A stretch of DNA of 64,000 nucleotides. Origin: Patescibacteria group bacterium (lineage in GTDB: Bacteria; Patescibacteriota; Patescibacteriia; JAHIZJ01). Shown piece by piece: positions 26,499 to 35,793 of this stretch. The first letter of the stretch is position 1, and each line of letters opens with the position of its first letter. The notes under the pieces are model-generated. The model did not search any database and had not been told where the DNA came from. It saw nothing but the letters and a program-made list of their open reading frames with translations. The stretch spans positions 57,765-121,764 of the forward strand of contig JBAZLK010000003.1 of the NCBI GenBank assembly GCA_041650335.1, read 5' to 3'. Position numbers and translations under genes: made by a program.

Positions 26499-26675
26499 AA
26501 AAAATCGCCTGGTTCGGCGATTAGTCTTTTGGCACACACCTACTCCTCGGGAGGAAGAACGTGAAGATACTTCGCGGTCTCCTCTTCCCTCTCTTTTCCG
26601 ACCAGGCCGCTGGGAAGATGCCAATATTCATATAGTAAATTTGCTCCATTATATCATCGTTTCAGCGACGGTCAA
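26499..26675 (-). promoter_or_regulatory. promoter, 36-codon leader ORF / structured RNA and terminator upstream of the HD gene
   Basis: TTGACC-N16-TATAAT with TG extension; ORF 26631-26521; terminator AATCGCC/GGCGATT-TTTT overlapping the TAA. Confidence 0.5.
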
Positions 26676-26768
26676 GTGTACAATCCACCGTCAAAATACT
26701 ACCTTGTATGATTCCGAGATTAGTGCTACGGTATTGATAGAGAATATAATAATTCACTCACGTATAGT

Positions 26769-27569
26769 ATGAACCGCAAAACTTCGGTTTCGATCATCCT
26801 TACGTCGCTTATTCTCATTGTCGGAGTCGGCGCGCTCACACTTTTCGTATATCTGCCGAAGAAAAAGGCGCAACAAAACAAGAGCGACGTTCTGGGCGCA
26901 AAAACAACCAGCACTCTCGAAACGACAACGGCGTATTTGACAACGCAGGTCGGCGTCGTAAAAGAATTGGAACGTCTGATCCGCAATTCCGGGCCAGTCT
27001 ATTCCGATCGCGAAAATAGTCAATACACGCTCGACGATCAACGCAAAACAGCCGATTCCGCCCGACAAAAACTTCTCGCTTTTAAAGTCCAGGCACAAGG
27101 CTGGGTCATTCCGGCCGAGGCCGGAGAGGTTCAAGCGCTTTTTCAAAAAGTGCTCGATCAGGAATTGGCCGTCAGCGACTCATATCAAAAAGCCTTTAAC
27201 CAAATAACGAGCAACGCCCAGGAAGCGCAATTCACCTTGGTCGAATCAGCGCGCTTACGAGCTGAGAGTGAAAAACTCGTTGCCGGCCTGAAAACAAAAA
27301 ATGGCGAATTGCTAAAAAATACTGGCGTGGCATTCACTGACTCCGACGGCGACACGTTGCCGGATGTCTGGGAACGAATTGCCGGCAGCGACCAAACGCT
27401 GGTTGATACCGACGACGATGGACTGCTTGACGGCGAAGAATTCAATCTCTATCTTACGAAGCCATACGAACCCGATACCGATGCTGATGGTTTTAGCGAC
27501 GGCCAGGAAATAACGAACGGCTTTAACCCGATTGGCCTTGGTAAACTGACACCGTCGGTAACCAATTAA
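26769..27569 (+). CDS. membrane-anchored protein with C-terminal Ca-binding DxDxDG (TSP3-like) repeats
   Basis: TM helix, helical middle region, DSDGDTLPD, DTDDDGLLDGEE, DTDADGFSDGQE..GFNP. Confidence 0.8.
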   Translation: MNRKTSVSIILTSLILIVGVGALTLFVYLPKKKAQQNKSDVLGAKTTSTLETTTAYLTTQVGVVKELERLIRNSGPVYSDRENSQYTLDDQRKTADSARQKLLAFKVQAQGWVIPAEAGEVQALFQKVLDQELAVSDSYQKAFNQITSNAQEAQFTLVESARLRAESEKLVAGLKTKNGELLKNTGVAFTDSDGDTLPDVWERIAGSDQTLVDTDDDGLLDGEEFNLYLTKPYEPDTDADGFSDGQEITNGFNPIGLGKLTPSVTN

Positions 27570-27735
27570 ACTTGTTTTCCGTATTTCGATAGTCAACCAG
27601 CCGGCCCCGTGGTCGGTTGGTTTTTCTAGGCGGGACTCCGCAAGTGGTGTATACTTTTACTAGGTTTACGCCCTCACCCTTGATTTTTTTCACTGTTCTG
27701 GTATACTCACAAATTCTTAGAAATTTACGTAATCC

Positions 27736-29322
27736 ATGGAAAACGAGCCACCACAACAACCGATCGCCAAGTTCGTCCACGCCTATCAACAGCCAAATCT
27801 CGACTTCGCCGCTTTCCCGTCCGAGCCCCGTATCCAGGTCAGTCAGATGGCCAGCCGGATGGCTTTTATTTATGAACGGATCCGCAACGCGCTTGAATAT
27901 CAGGAGCTTCATCTGATCCGAAAGAACGCCATTGAACGGATAATGAAACGGCGCCTGATGACGCGGGTAAAGCCGTCAGAGCTTGGCCAGGACCTGATTT
28001 ATGAACTTATCCGCGGCCGCTATCTGCCCGACAAACAAGTTCCGGAACATAAAATTGCCGACGTTACGAATATTCTCAATAAATACTTCTACCTTTTTAA
28101 CCGGATCGGCGTCTATCAAAAAGGCGGGGAAAAACGAAAAACGTACAAATGGCTCATTGGCGTTGCAGCCGCTGAGATCGACCAAACATTGATTTCTTCA
28201 AACAAGATGCAGGCGTTGGCTGAATTCATGTATGCCACCATCCAAAAAAACATCCAGCTCGACCAGAAAATACCAGACTTGGAAAAAAACATCCAAATCT
28301 ATCTCGCCGTTCAGCGGGCACTCCTGCGCTCGGATCAGTCGATCCTCCGCTATCAACTCTTTCTCTATTACAATCAGGGCTGGTATCAGGCTGACCGGGC
28401 CTTCGTTGAAAAACTGGCTCAAAACCTGCGCGCCATAAAAGGCGAGATTGAACGCCAGATCAGTCATCCGATCGGCGATAATCTCTTTCGCTACCTCAAA
28501 AAATACTGCATCTATTTTCACGTTATGAAAGACGTGGTCGAAGAAGATCCGGCCACGGCGCTGCAGCGCTTTTCGGATTTCTCAAACCTCGAGGTCAGCT
28601 TAAAAAAAGCCTGTGCGGAACGGTATAACCAAGCCCGACGGAAGCTTCGAACCGGAGCGGTCCGGGCAATTATCTACATCTTCATTACTAAAATGATGCT
28701 GGCGCTGATCATGGAAGTGCCGTACGACCTCTATTTGAAAGGTGAAACAAATTTGTATCATCTCGGTCTGAATGTTGTGTTTCACCCGCTCCTGCTGTTT
28801 CTCGTCGCCTTGACCGTCCGGATCCCGGCTGAAGAAAACACCGCCCAGATTATCACCGGGGTGAAAAGCATCCTGGCCCGAGGCGATGCCGGTGAAATCT
28901 TGATCCAACGCATTGTCCGGCGACGGAAAATACTCACGACAGCTTTCAACTTTTTTTACGTCGTGATCTTTCTGGTGACCTTCGGAGCGATTATCTATAT
29001 TCTGAACCGCTTTAATTTCAATGAGCTCAGTATCGCTTTGTTCCTGCTGTTTTTAACACTGGTCAGCTTTTTTGGCATCAAGATGCGCGAAGAGGCGAAA
29101 GAGTATATCGTCGTCGGCCGCCGGGAAAGCACGCTCGGATTTATTATCGACCTCTTTTCCATGCCGATTGTTCGGGCCGGCCGCTGGATCAGCTTAAAAT
29201 CACCAAAAGTAAATGTGCTGCTTTTCGTTTTCGACTTTATTATCGAGGCGCCCTACAAGACATTCGTCAATATTTTTGACGAATTGACAAAGTTTATTCG
29301 CGAGAAAAAAGAAGAGTTATAA
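27736..29322 (+). CDS. conserved hypothetical membrane protein (528 aa)
   Basis: YERIRNALEYQELHLIRKNAIERI N-terminus, C-terminal TM helices; AT-rich core-like codon usage. Confidence 0.8.
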   Translation: MENEPPQQPIAKFVHAYQQPNLDFAAFPSEPRIQVSQMASRMAFIYERIRNALEYQELHLIRKNAIERIMKRRLMTRVKPSELGQDLIYELIRGRYLPDKQVPEHKIADVTNILNKYFYLFNRIGVYQKGGEKRKTYKWLIGVAAAEIDQTLISSNKMQALAEFMYATIQKNIQLDQKIPDLEKNIQIYLAVQRALLRSDQSILRYQLFLYYNQGWYQADRAFVEKLAQNLRAIKGEIERQISHPIGDNLFRYLKKYCIYFHVMKDVVEEDPATALQRFSDFSNLEVSLKKACAERYNQARRKLRTGAVRAIIYIFITKMMLALIMEVPYDLYLKGETNLYHLGLNVVFHPLLLFLVALTVRIPAEENTAQIITGVKSILARGDAGEILIQRIVRRRKILTTAFNFFYVVIFLVTFGAIIYILNRFNFNELSIALFLLFLTLVSFFGIKMREEAKEYIVVGRRESTLGFIIDLFSMPIVRAGRWISLKSPKVNVLLFVFDFIIEAPYKTFVNIFDELTKFIREKKEEL

Positions 29323-29340
29323 TATTCGGTAATTCATAAA

Positions 29341-29382
29341 AAAGAAAAGAGGCGGTCCAACCCGGTTGGGTGGAAACGCCTC
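29341..29382 (-). terminator. intrinsic terminator
   Basis: GAGGCG...CGCCTC stem with a T-run on the minus strand, after the activase gene. Confidence 0.6.
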
Positions 29383-29419
29383 GTTTGTGATTCACTAGGA
29401 ATCACGGGAACAATGAAGT

Positions 29420-32400
29420 CTACTTTCTCGGCAGCGAGTGAATGCCACCCTGGCCCTGCCGTTCATGGAGATCCCAGGCGTAGCTGGCGAGCTGCGCCGG
29501 ATCGATCGGGTCGCCATCAACGTACAAGAACAGGATATTGGCATCATCAACGTGGTGCAGCTGCGCTTGGGCGTACTTGGAGGGCATGCAGCCCTGGGGA
29601 CAGACGGCCACACCGCCATGACGCAGGTCCACGATGGTCAGGGCCGCCTCTCCTTCAGGCGCGCCTTCAAAGTACGGTTTGACCGCTTCCATTACCGGCT
29701 CGATCCTGGTGTGCGTGTTCCGGCCAATCGCCCGAGCGACGACCCGGTCCAGGCGCCAGAATACCCACCACTGCAGGAGGGCCTTCAGGCTGACCGCGAC
29801 GCGATTGAACTGATCGCGCTTATGGCCGTGCCCTTGGGTCCAGGTGAGATACTGGATCCATTCGTGGATCGTTGAGCGCCGAACCCTGACATTGTGGTCA
29901 GCCAGTATTCTGACTACATTGCCATTGGCATGGGGATCTCTGACCACGTAGATCTCGCCCGAGAGGTGTCCCTGGACGACATTGGCCGCCCGCTCAGGAT
30001 CAATCCAGATCGACTGAAACTCACGGACGACTCGGTCCAAGAAACCGGGCAGCCCCCAGTCGCACAGCCAATCTCGGATCTGACCCGGCAAGCGCTGGGC
30101 TACCGGACGAACCTTCAACTGCTCTACCGCTCGTGCCATCGCCCACTGATACACTCGATCGACGTCAGCCGGGTTCCGGGCGATCGGCAGATAGTAGCAC
30201 CAGAGCTCATCCAGCAGATCAGCCAGCATGACTGCGGCGCAAGCCTTGAGCCGCAGGTGCTTTCCCACGCCGTCATAGGCATTGTCCGATGAAGTAGCAA
30301 ACAGGTGAACTGCCTGCGCTGGATCCAGCTGGGTCAGAATGATCCCGTGCTGCGTCCGGTAGGAACCGAAGCGGCAGGGACCAGTCGTCGCCGGCATGAA
30401 CCAGTAGAAGTGTTTGATCTCGGGATATCGCGGCAGAACCTCCCGAACCATGTGCTCGAGAACGCCGGTCACGTACATGTACGGGACGCACTCTTTGCCG
30501 GTCGCGTACCGGCCGCGACCCAGACGGAGTATCCGGTCATCGGTCGGCGGCGCCGCGATTACCCTGATGCCGATTGACGAATAGACCGCGGTCAGCAAGG
30601 GCTCAAGGTTGCCAAACTGGCACAGAACCAGAGCTGATTCGGGGTCATTCGGATCAAACGGCTTCCCCGTGTCGTGTTCCTGCAGCAAGGTGAGGTCCGT
30701 GACCAGCGCGCGCTGGTCGCCCTCTCTCAAGTGATGTCGCATGGCGTAGACGCTTGACTGAATCCGCGTCGTAAAGCCGCCCATGCCCGTATGCCCATCG
30801 GTCTCGATGATGCAGTAGGGCACGTCGGCGATGTACCGCAGCCAGTGCTCCAGAAACGCGTCCGGCCCGCAGGAGTAGCAGGTGATCATCAGGGGGTAAA
30901 CGCCGGGTCGCCGGTGCAGATCAACCACCGCCCTGAGAATCCTCTGCCCCTCGCCCCAGTACACTAGGTCGAGAAAAGGCGTGGTCGGATCCACCGGGTA
31001 GCAGTCAACCGGAATGGCCACGACGCCGCTACCCTGGATGATCTCTGGGATCTGCCCATTGATCGCCGGGGAGAGCGTGGCATAGAGCCGGCCCAGCACC
31101 ACGACGGCCGGGACGCGATGTTCTGCGGCATAATCCAGAGCGCGCTGACCGATCGCCAGACAATGCTCTTGGAAATCCCGCTGCACCCCAACGGCCAAGT
31201 AAAAAGCCCGAAGGCTTTCTGCTTTGGTGCGGCCCAGCTCCCGTCCCATCGAGACAAACACTCGTCGCACTTCCTCGCTCGTCTGCCAATTCAGGCCGAA
31301 CTTGATCACCGGCCTCAGGATCTTCATCCCGGAACCCGATGAATCGTTCGGAATCACTCCGTTGATGGCGGCAGCCACCAGCTCGGGCGTTCCCTGAACC
31401 AGCGGGCACGTACTGCCGATGTCGCAGCCGCTCTCCCGAGGCAGTAGGACCACCTTGGGAAAGAAGATCAGATCAACGCCCAGTTCAACCGCCTCGTCAG
31501 CCAGACCATGGGCAACCTTGACCGGCGCACACATGTCTTTGCCTAAACTGATTTCCTCGCCCCGCTTGAGGGTTTTGGTGGTCGGTTCAAGCACTTTGAC
31601 ATTCACGCCGAGGTTGGCCAAGAACGAACTGAATAGGGGCATGAACCGGACGTTGGCCAGAGTCAGCGGAACCGCCACGGTTGGTTGCCCGGCTCGATCC
31701 ACCGGTAAGGCCCGAATCAAAGCATCATGAAGTTTGCGCCGTTCGTCAAACGGCTTTGGCGCGTCAGTCGGCAGTCTGTTTCTGGTGTTTCCTTCGTGCA
31801 GCGGGCACATACCGCCTGACTTAACCGTCACCGTCTGATCGCCGATTGACACCTTCGTCCGCTCAATCCTGCACTTGGCACCGCATTCGCGGTTGCCGCA
31901 TACAAAGCTTGAGCGTTCGACAACCTCTGCCGCCAGAAATCGCCCGAGATCAAACGTCTGATCCAGAACAATCTGTTCCTGACGGCATTGCTCCAGCGTC
32001 AACAAGGCGATACCGATAGCCCCGGTAGCGCCTGGCCGAGGTGGTACGATTACCTTTCGACCAGTTACCGCCGCGATCGCCATAGGCAAGGCGATGTTAT
32101 TCACCGGCATGCCGAGCGCGAAGATGACCTCTTCCAGTCCCAGCTGTCCGACCAGCCGGTTTAACCAGTTGTAGGCAATGAAGTAGAAGCGACCGGCGGC
32201 GATGTCTTGGACGGTAAAGCCCTCACCCAACGCCCGGTCAGCAATGTCCCCAGAGAAGACGACACAGGTCTGACCCATGTCGATCGGCTCCCGCGAGTCG
32301 AGCGCCCACCGGCCAAATTCCTGAATCGTCGTATTCATCCGTCTCGCGTCGTACTCAACTTCAGATCCGGTTCCGGCAGAACAGGCTCGGTTCATGTCTG

Positions 32401-33757
32401 AACCAACCGGCACTCCGTTCCGAATATTGATCACCTTAGCATCCTGGCCGCCCAGCTCACAAACCGTAACCGACCGGCCATGCTCAGGATCGTAGTGACA
32501 AGCACCCGTAGCATGGGCGGTGATCTCGGTTTCAACCAGCATCTGATTCCGCAAACCGCCAAAGCAAGCCTCAGCCACGTCGTAGACCGCGCGCCGACCC
32601 GAACCGGTAAAGCCGAGACTGACGATCTGAACTCGGTCTCCGACGGCAGCCAGCATTTGCCGAACGATCAGCTGTGCAGCGGCGACCGGATTGCTGTTGG
32701 TCGGAACGTAGTCGTCCCAGACCCGGCGTCCGGTAACGATGTCGATCAAGGCTGCCTTGGTTCCGGTTGAGCCGGAATCAATGCCAAGCGCGGCTTGTCC
32801 GCTCCAATGTGCCAGATCAAAATCCGGCTCGGTCAGCTTCTGGACCAGGTGAGCCGCCGTGTTAAGCGGCTTAAACGAACGGATGCTCCGAGACTTAGGA
32901 CGAACGACAGTTGCTGAATCAGCGGTGTAGCTCGACACCTGACCAGCCACGACCAAATCAGCCGCGATCAATCCCGCACCCCAGGCTTCGAAATAGTCAG
33001 CCTCGGGATGGATTTCAATCGTCGGCTGGCCGATCATCGACTGGAGAGAGTCTATAACCGGCTGATTCTTGGTCACGCCACCGATTACGATCACCCGCCC
33101 GTCAATCGAGTTCTTCCTAAACAGGGCGTAAACAGATGCGGCAATGCCTCGGAAATAGCTCTTCAGCAAGACCGCAATGTCTTCGCCCGCATTGGCTAGG
33201 TGAGTGATCTCAGACTGGGCGAACGCCGCACAGCGCGGAACGAACTCAACCACTCGGTCAGTTGCCTGCGCCGCAGTAATCGCCTCGGGTACGTTCATGC
33301 CGGCTCTGGCGCATTGCTTCTCAACCGCTTCACCCGTGCCAGCCGAACACTTTTCAGCCAGCGAATTAGAGTATTCACCACCTTGGTTGCGCGTGAGCAC
33401 GCTGTAGCCCCCGGCGCTGATCCGAATCAGGTTGATCGGCTCGTGGCCGACACCCTCAATCGGAGGAAAGAAATACTCGCAGGCACGATTCAGAGCCGCA
33501 TCTCTGGGAATGTCACTTTGAACTTGTCCCCCAAGAATGCTGCCCAAGCTGCCGGTCGCCACCACCTTACGAATCCGTGAATGGTCCAGTCGCGCCCAGA
33601 TCTGGCCGACCGCCTCACTCGGATTGCGCTGATGGTGGCACAGCATTTCGTCAACCTTCAGCCAGCTTCCATCAGATCGCTCCAGGACGATCGCCGCCAC
33701 GGTAGTCCGCCCGACTTTCAGGCCGACTACCTGGTCTTTCTGAGCCACACTGATCAT
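29420..33757 (-). CDS. fused 2x BcrAD/BadFG ATPase (CoA activase) + 2x 2-hydroxyacyl-CoA dehydratase-like (DUF2229) protein; PlsA-PlsR/Ger-like
   Basis: EKCSAGTG and RCAAF (ATPase 1); LGIDSGSTGTK, EITAH, ELGGQDAK, MNRACSAGTGS, CVVF (ATPase 2); CxxxxCxxxC..GGMC linker; CAPVKVAHG, CPLVQG, LGRLY, SCGPDAF, ETDGH..GFTTRI; GKECVP, GPCRFGSY, GEIYV, PQGCMP. Confidence 0.9.
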   Translation of the reverse strand: MISVAQKDQVVGLKVGRTTVAAIVLERSDGSWLKVDEMLCHHQRNPSEAVGQIWARLDHSRIRKVVATGSLGSILGGQVQSDIPRDAALNRACEYFFPPIEGVGHEPINLIRISAGGYSVLTRNQGGEYSNSLAEKCSAGTGEAVEKQCARAGMNVPEAITAAQATDRVVEFVPRCAAFAQSEITHLANAGEDIAVLLKSYFRGIAASVYALFRKNSIDGRVIVIGGVTKNQPVIDSLQSMIGQPTIEIHPEADYFEAWGAGLIAADLVVAGQVSSYTADSATVVRPKSRSIRSFKPLNTAAHLVQKLTEPDFDLAHWSGQAALGIDSGSTGTKAALIDIVTGRRVWDDYVPTNSNPVAAAQLIVRQMLAAVGDRVQIVSLGFTGSGRRAVYDVAEACFGGLRNQMLVETEITAHATGACHYDPEHGRSVTVCELGGQDAKVINIRNGVPVGSDMNRACSAGTGSEVEYDARRMNTTIQEFGRWALDSREPIDMGQTCVVFSGDIADRALGEGFTVQDIAAGRFYFIAYNWLNRLVGQLGLEEVIFALGMPVNNIALPMAIAAVTGRKVIVPPRPGATGAIGIALLTLEQCRQEQIVLDQTFDLGRFLAAEVVERSSFVCGNRECGAKCRIERTKVSIGDQTVTVKSGGMCPLHEGNTRNRLPTDAPKPFDERRKLHDALIRALPVDRAGQPTVAVPLTLANVRFMPLFSSFLANLGVNVKVLEPTTKTLKRGEEISLGKDMCAPVKVAHGLADEAVELGVDLIFFPKVVLLPRESGCDIGSTCPLVQGTPELVAAAINGVIPNDSSGSGMKILRPVIKFGLNWQTSEEVRRVFVSMGRELGRTKAESLRAFYLAVGVQRDFQEHCLAIGQRALDYAAEHRVPAVVVLGRLYATLSPAINGQIPEIIQGSGVVAIPVDCYPVDPTTPFLDLVYWGEGQRILRAVVDLHRRPGVYPLMITCYSCGPDAFLEHWLRYIADVPYCIIETDGHTGMGGFTTRIQSSVYAMRHHLREGDQRALVTDLTLLQEHDTGKPFDPNDPESALVLCQFGNLEPLLTAVYSSIGIRVIAAPPTDDRILRLGRGRYATGKECVPYMYVTGVLEHMVREVLPRYPEIKHFYWFMPATTGPCRFGSYRTQHGIILTQLDPAQAVHLFATSSDNAYDGVGKHLRLKACAAVMLADLLDELWCYYLPIARNPADVDRVYQWAMARAVEQLKVRPVAQRLPGQIRDWLCDWGLPGFLDRVVREFQSIWIDPERAANVVQGHLSGEIYVVRDPHANGNVVRILADHNVRVRRSTIHEWIQYLTWTQGHGHKRDQFNRVAVSLKALLQWWVFWRLDRVVARAIGRNTHTRIEPVMEAVKPYFEGAPEGEAALTIVDLRHGGVAVCPQGCMPSKYAQAQLHHVDDANILFLYVDGDPIDPAQLASYAWDLHERQGQGGIHSLPRK

Positions 33758-33857
33758 TCACTGCCTCCTTCTATTCGTGTTCACTGATTGCCCTACCTAC
33801 GTAAAAACACGGGTTTTCAAAGACCGTGTTTATCTTTATTTTTAAGCCAATTTGGCT

Positions 33858-33892
33858 ATATACCTTGTAGCAGGTATATGTCGTATTGTCAA
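33858..33892 (-). promoter_or_regulatory. promoter with an overlapping 8-bp inverted repeat (candidate operator)
   Basis: TTGACA at 33892-33887; ATATACCT-N6-AGGTATAT at 33858-33879 covers the -10 region. Confidence 0.45.
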
Positions 33893-33895
33893 AAA

Positions 33896-33930
33896 AGAAA
33901 AAATGGCTCAAACCGTGTCGGTCGAGCCAA
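33896..33930 (-). terminator. intrinsic terminator after the GAPDH-like gene
   Basis: TGGCTCG...TGAGCCA stem then TTTTTT. Confidence 0.6.
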
Positions 33931-33939
33931 GAAGAAAGA

Positions 33940-35010
33940 TCACACGTCGATGTGGCGACGGAAGTACCGTTCCTCCACGGGCTGGAAGAGGCGGGTTGCC
34001 TCTGCCAGATCAACGCGATGCATCCATTGCAGCGTGCGGATCACGTTGGTCGGCGTCACATTGACGACCTGAGGAGTAAACCAGCCGAGATGGTAGAGAT
34101 GACCGAGAGGCGTGTCGAAGACCTTGACCTGGCCGCGAACGAACACAGCCAGTGCAAAGACCCCGCCGAGCAGCCCGTGTTCGCACCCCCACTGATCGAT
34201 CGGCGCCATACACTTCTCGTCAGTGATCGAGGCCAGCTGATACGCTTCCATAGCCTCGAGAATCTGAGCTTTGGTCAGAGGCTTCTCTTCCCGACCGATC
34301 GCCCAGAGATGAGGGCTGTGCATACCTTGAACCGGCAGCTTCATGGCATCGGTGACGATCCGAAGCCCCGGCAGCAGCCTGCCCACGTCACCGCCGTGGT
34401 GCGTCCCATACTCATCATCGTCGAAGTCGCTGAACGATGGACCAGTGCACACTTTCGGGTTGCCGCGGTCCGTGTCCCGCCGGTTGAAGCCAGCCACGAC
34501 CAGTACGAGATCCGCGCCTGCCTTCTGGAGAATGCGGATGGCCGTCACCGCGCTGTGGTCGTTACAGGAAGCGTTCTGAAGCCAGACCTCAGCGAGCGAC
34601 TGGTCGTCATCCACACCGAGACAGGTGATCTTGCCGAAGCCGTGTTCCGCGCCCTGTGCGATGAACCGTCTCGTGCCATCATCATACTTCCGGTACAGCT
34701 CCTCCTGGAGGGCTAGAGCATTGTCCGTGCAGTCGATGATGACGGTCGAGCCACCGATCGCGTCTTCCACCCCCATGGGCTTGAACCTCTGGCTCTCGAA
34801 GGCAGGAATCATGTCCGGCCAGGTGGCCAGCCGGACACCGCCCGCGACGAGCTCGTGCAGGACCGAACGATGCGTGATCTTGCCCTTGTCGCCGGCTCTC
34901 TTCACGAGAAAGACGTTCTCGAGACCGAATCCCTCACGGAACTCCGCCAGGATTCTCGCGGTTCTCCTGCCGATCGTGCTTGACCCAACGACTGTTACGC
35001 TGCCCATCAT
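33940..35010 (-). CDS. divergent class II (archaeal-type) glyceraldehyde-3-phosphate dehydrogenase homolog
   Basis: VVGSSTIGRR, VIIDCT, FIAQGAE, ASCNDH (catalytic Cys), RRDTD, THHGGDV, AMKLPVQGMH, PQVVNVTPTNV, all in class II order; GAGGAGG SD. Confidence 0.75.
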   Translation of the reverse strand: MMGSVTVVGSSTIGRRTARILAEFREGFGLENVFLVKRAGDKGKITHRSVLHELVAGGVRLATWPDMIPAFESQRFKPMGVEDAIGGSTVIIDCTDNALALQEELYRKYDDGTRRFIAQGAEHGFGKITCLGVDDDQSLAEVWLQNASCNDHSAVTAIRILQKAGADLVLVVAGFNRRDTDRGNPKVCTGPSFSDFDDDEYGTHHGGDVGRLLPGLRIVTDAMKLPVQGMHSPHLWAIGREEKPLTKAQILEAMEAYQLASITDEKCMAPIDQWGCEHGLLGGVFALAVFVRGQVKVFDTPLGHLYHLGWFTPQVVNVTPTNVIRTLQWMHRVDLAEATRLFQPVEERYFRRHIDV

Positions 35011-35276
35011 TGACCTCCTCGATGGCCGCATACACCCGGGTAATCGCTTCGAACACAACTCGTTCCTCGGAACGAAAGAAGGCCTGAGTTACCCTCCCCT
35101 GCCTTCTTACCAATCAAATAGTATTACGTATGATAAAGTATGACAAGTGCTTTTTTCCACAGCATTGCTGTTAAAAATACATAGCTGTGATAGAATGTTG
35201 TTACATTTGCGTTTTTTTGGTGTTCTGTCGGCAAAGGTTGGTAAAAAATATTCGTGGTTTTTTTCTTTTTCCCCTC

Positions 35277-35606
35277 ATGATTTTTATCGGTCAATTTTTT
35301 GAGATATTAGCCATCGATCGGCAAAAAACAGCCGCTGAATTTCAGCTGCCGTCTTTCGAATTGCCCGAGATCGATTATGCCGGTCTGGCCATTAACGGGG
35401 CGATGTGGCTGGCGATCTTTTTGGCGTTTTTTATGTTAAGCCGGATGATCTTCCATATCTATAAGCTCGCCGTTGCCGGCGCTGACGATGAAAACCGAGA
35501 AATGGCAAAGGATAATATTAAGAAAAATATCGGGTTTTTCCTTCTGGCATCGCTTTCGTGGATGGCCTTGTCTTTCTTCCAGCACGGTATCTCGCAATAT
35601 TTTTAG
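35277..35606 (+). CDS. small membrane protein (TrbC/VirB2 pilin-like)
   Basis: Two hydrophobic helices separated by AGADDENREMAKDNI. Confidence 0.55.
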   Translation: MIFIGQFFEILAIDRQKTAAEFQLPSFELPEIDYAGLAINGAMWLAIFLAFFMLSRMIFHIYKLAVAGADDENREMAKDNIKKNIGFFLLASLSWMALSFFQHGISQYF

Positions 35607-35793
35607 GCATTCCATACGCCGACATTTCCTTAACGCTCGGCGCTGTCAGGAATTTCTTTGCCGGCAAGCAGGCTTAAATAGGCCGAATATTGTCGCTTAT
35701 CCCAACCGGAGCGCCTATTATTTGTCAATTATTGGAAAATATATTATAATGTACTGGCAGACGGCATTATTTTATCCATATTTAGGCACAATA

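Noticed and set aside
25722-26564. 280-aa plus-strand ORF
   Set aside because: Antisense shadow of the HD-domain gene, which carries the real motifs.
33886-34716. 276-aa plus-strand ORF and other long ORFs opposite 29420-35010
   Set aside because: Antisense shadows of GC-rich genes that have clear family motifs on the minus strand.
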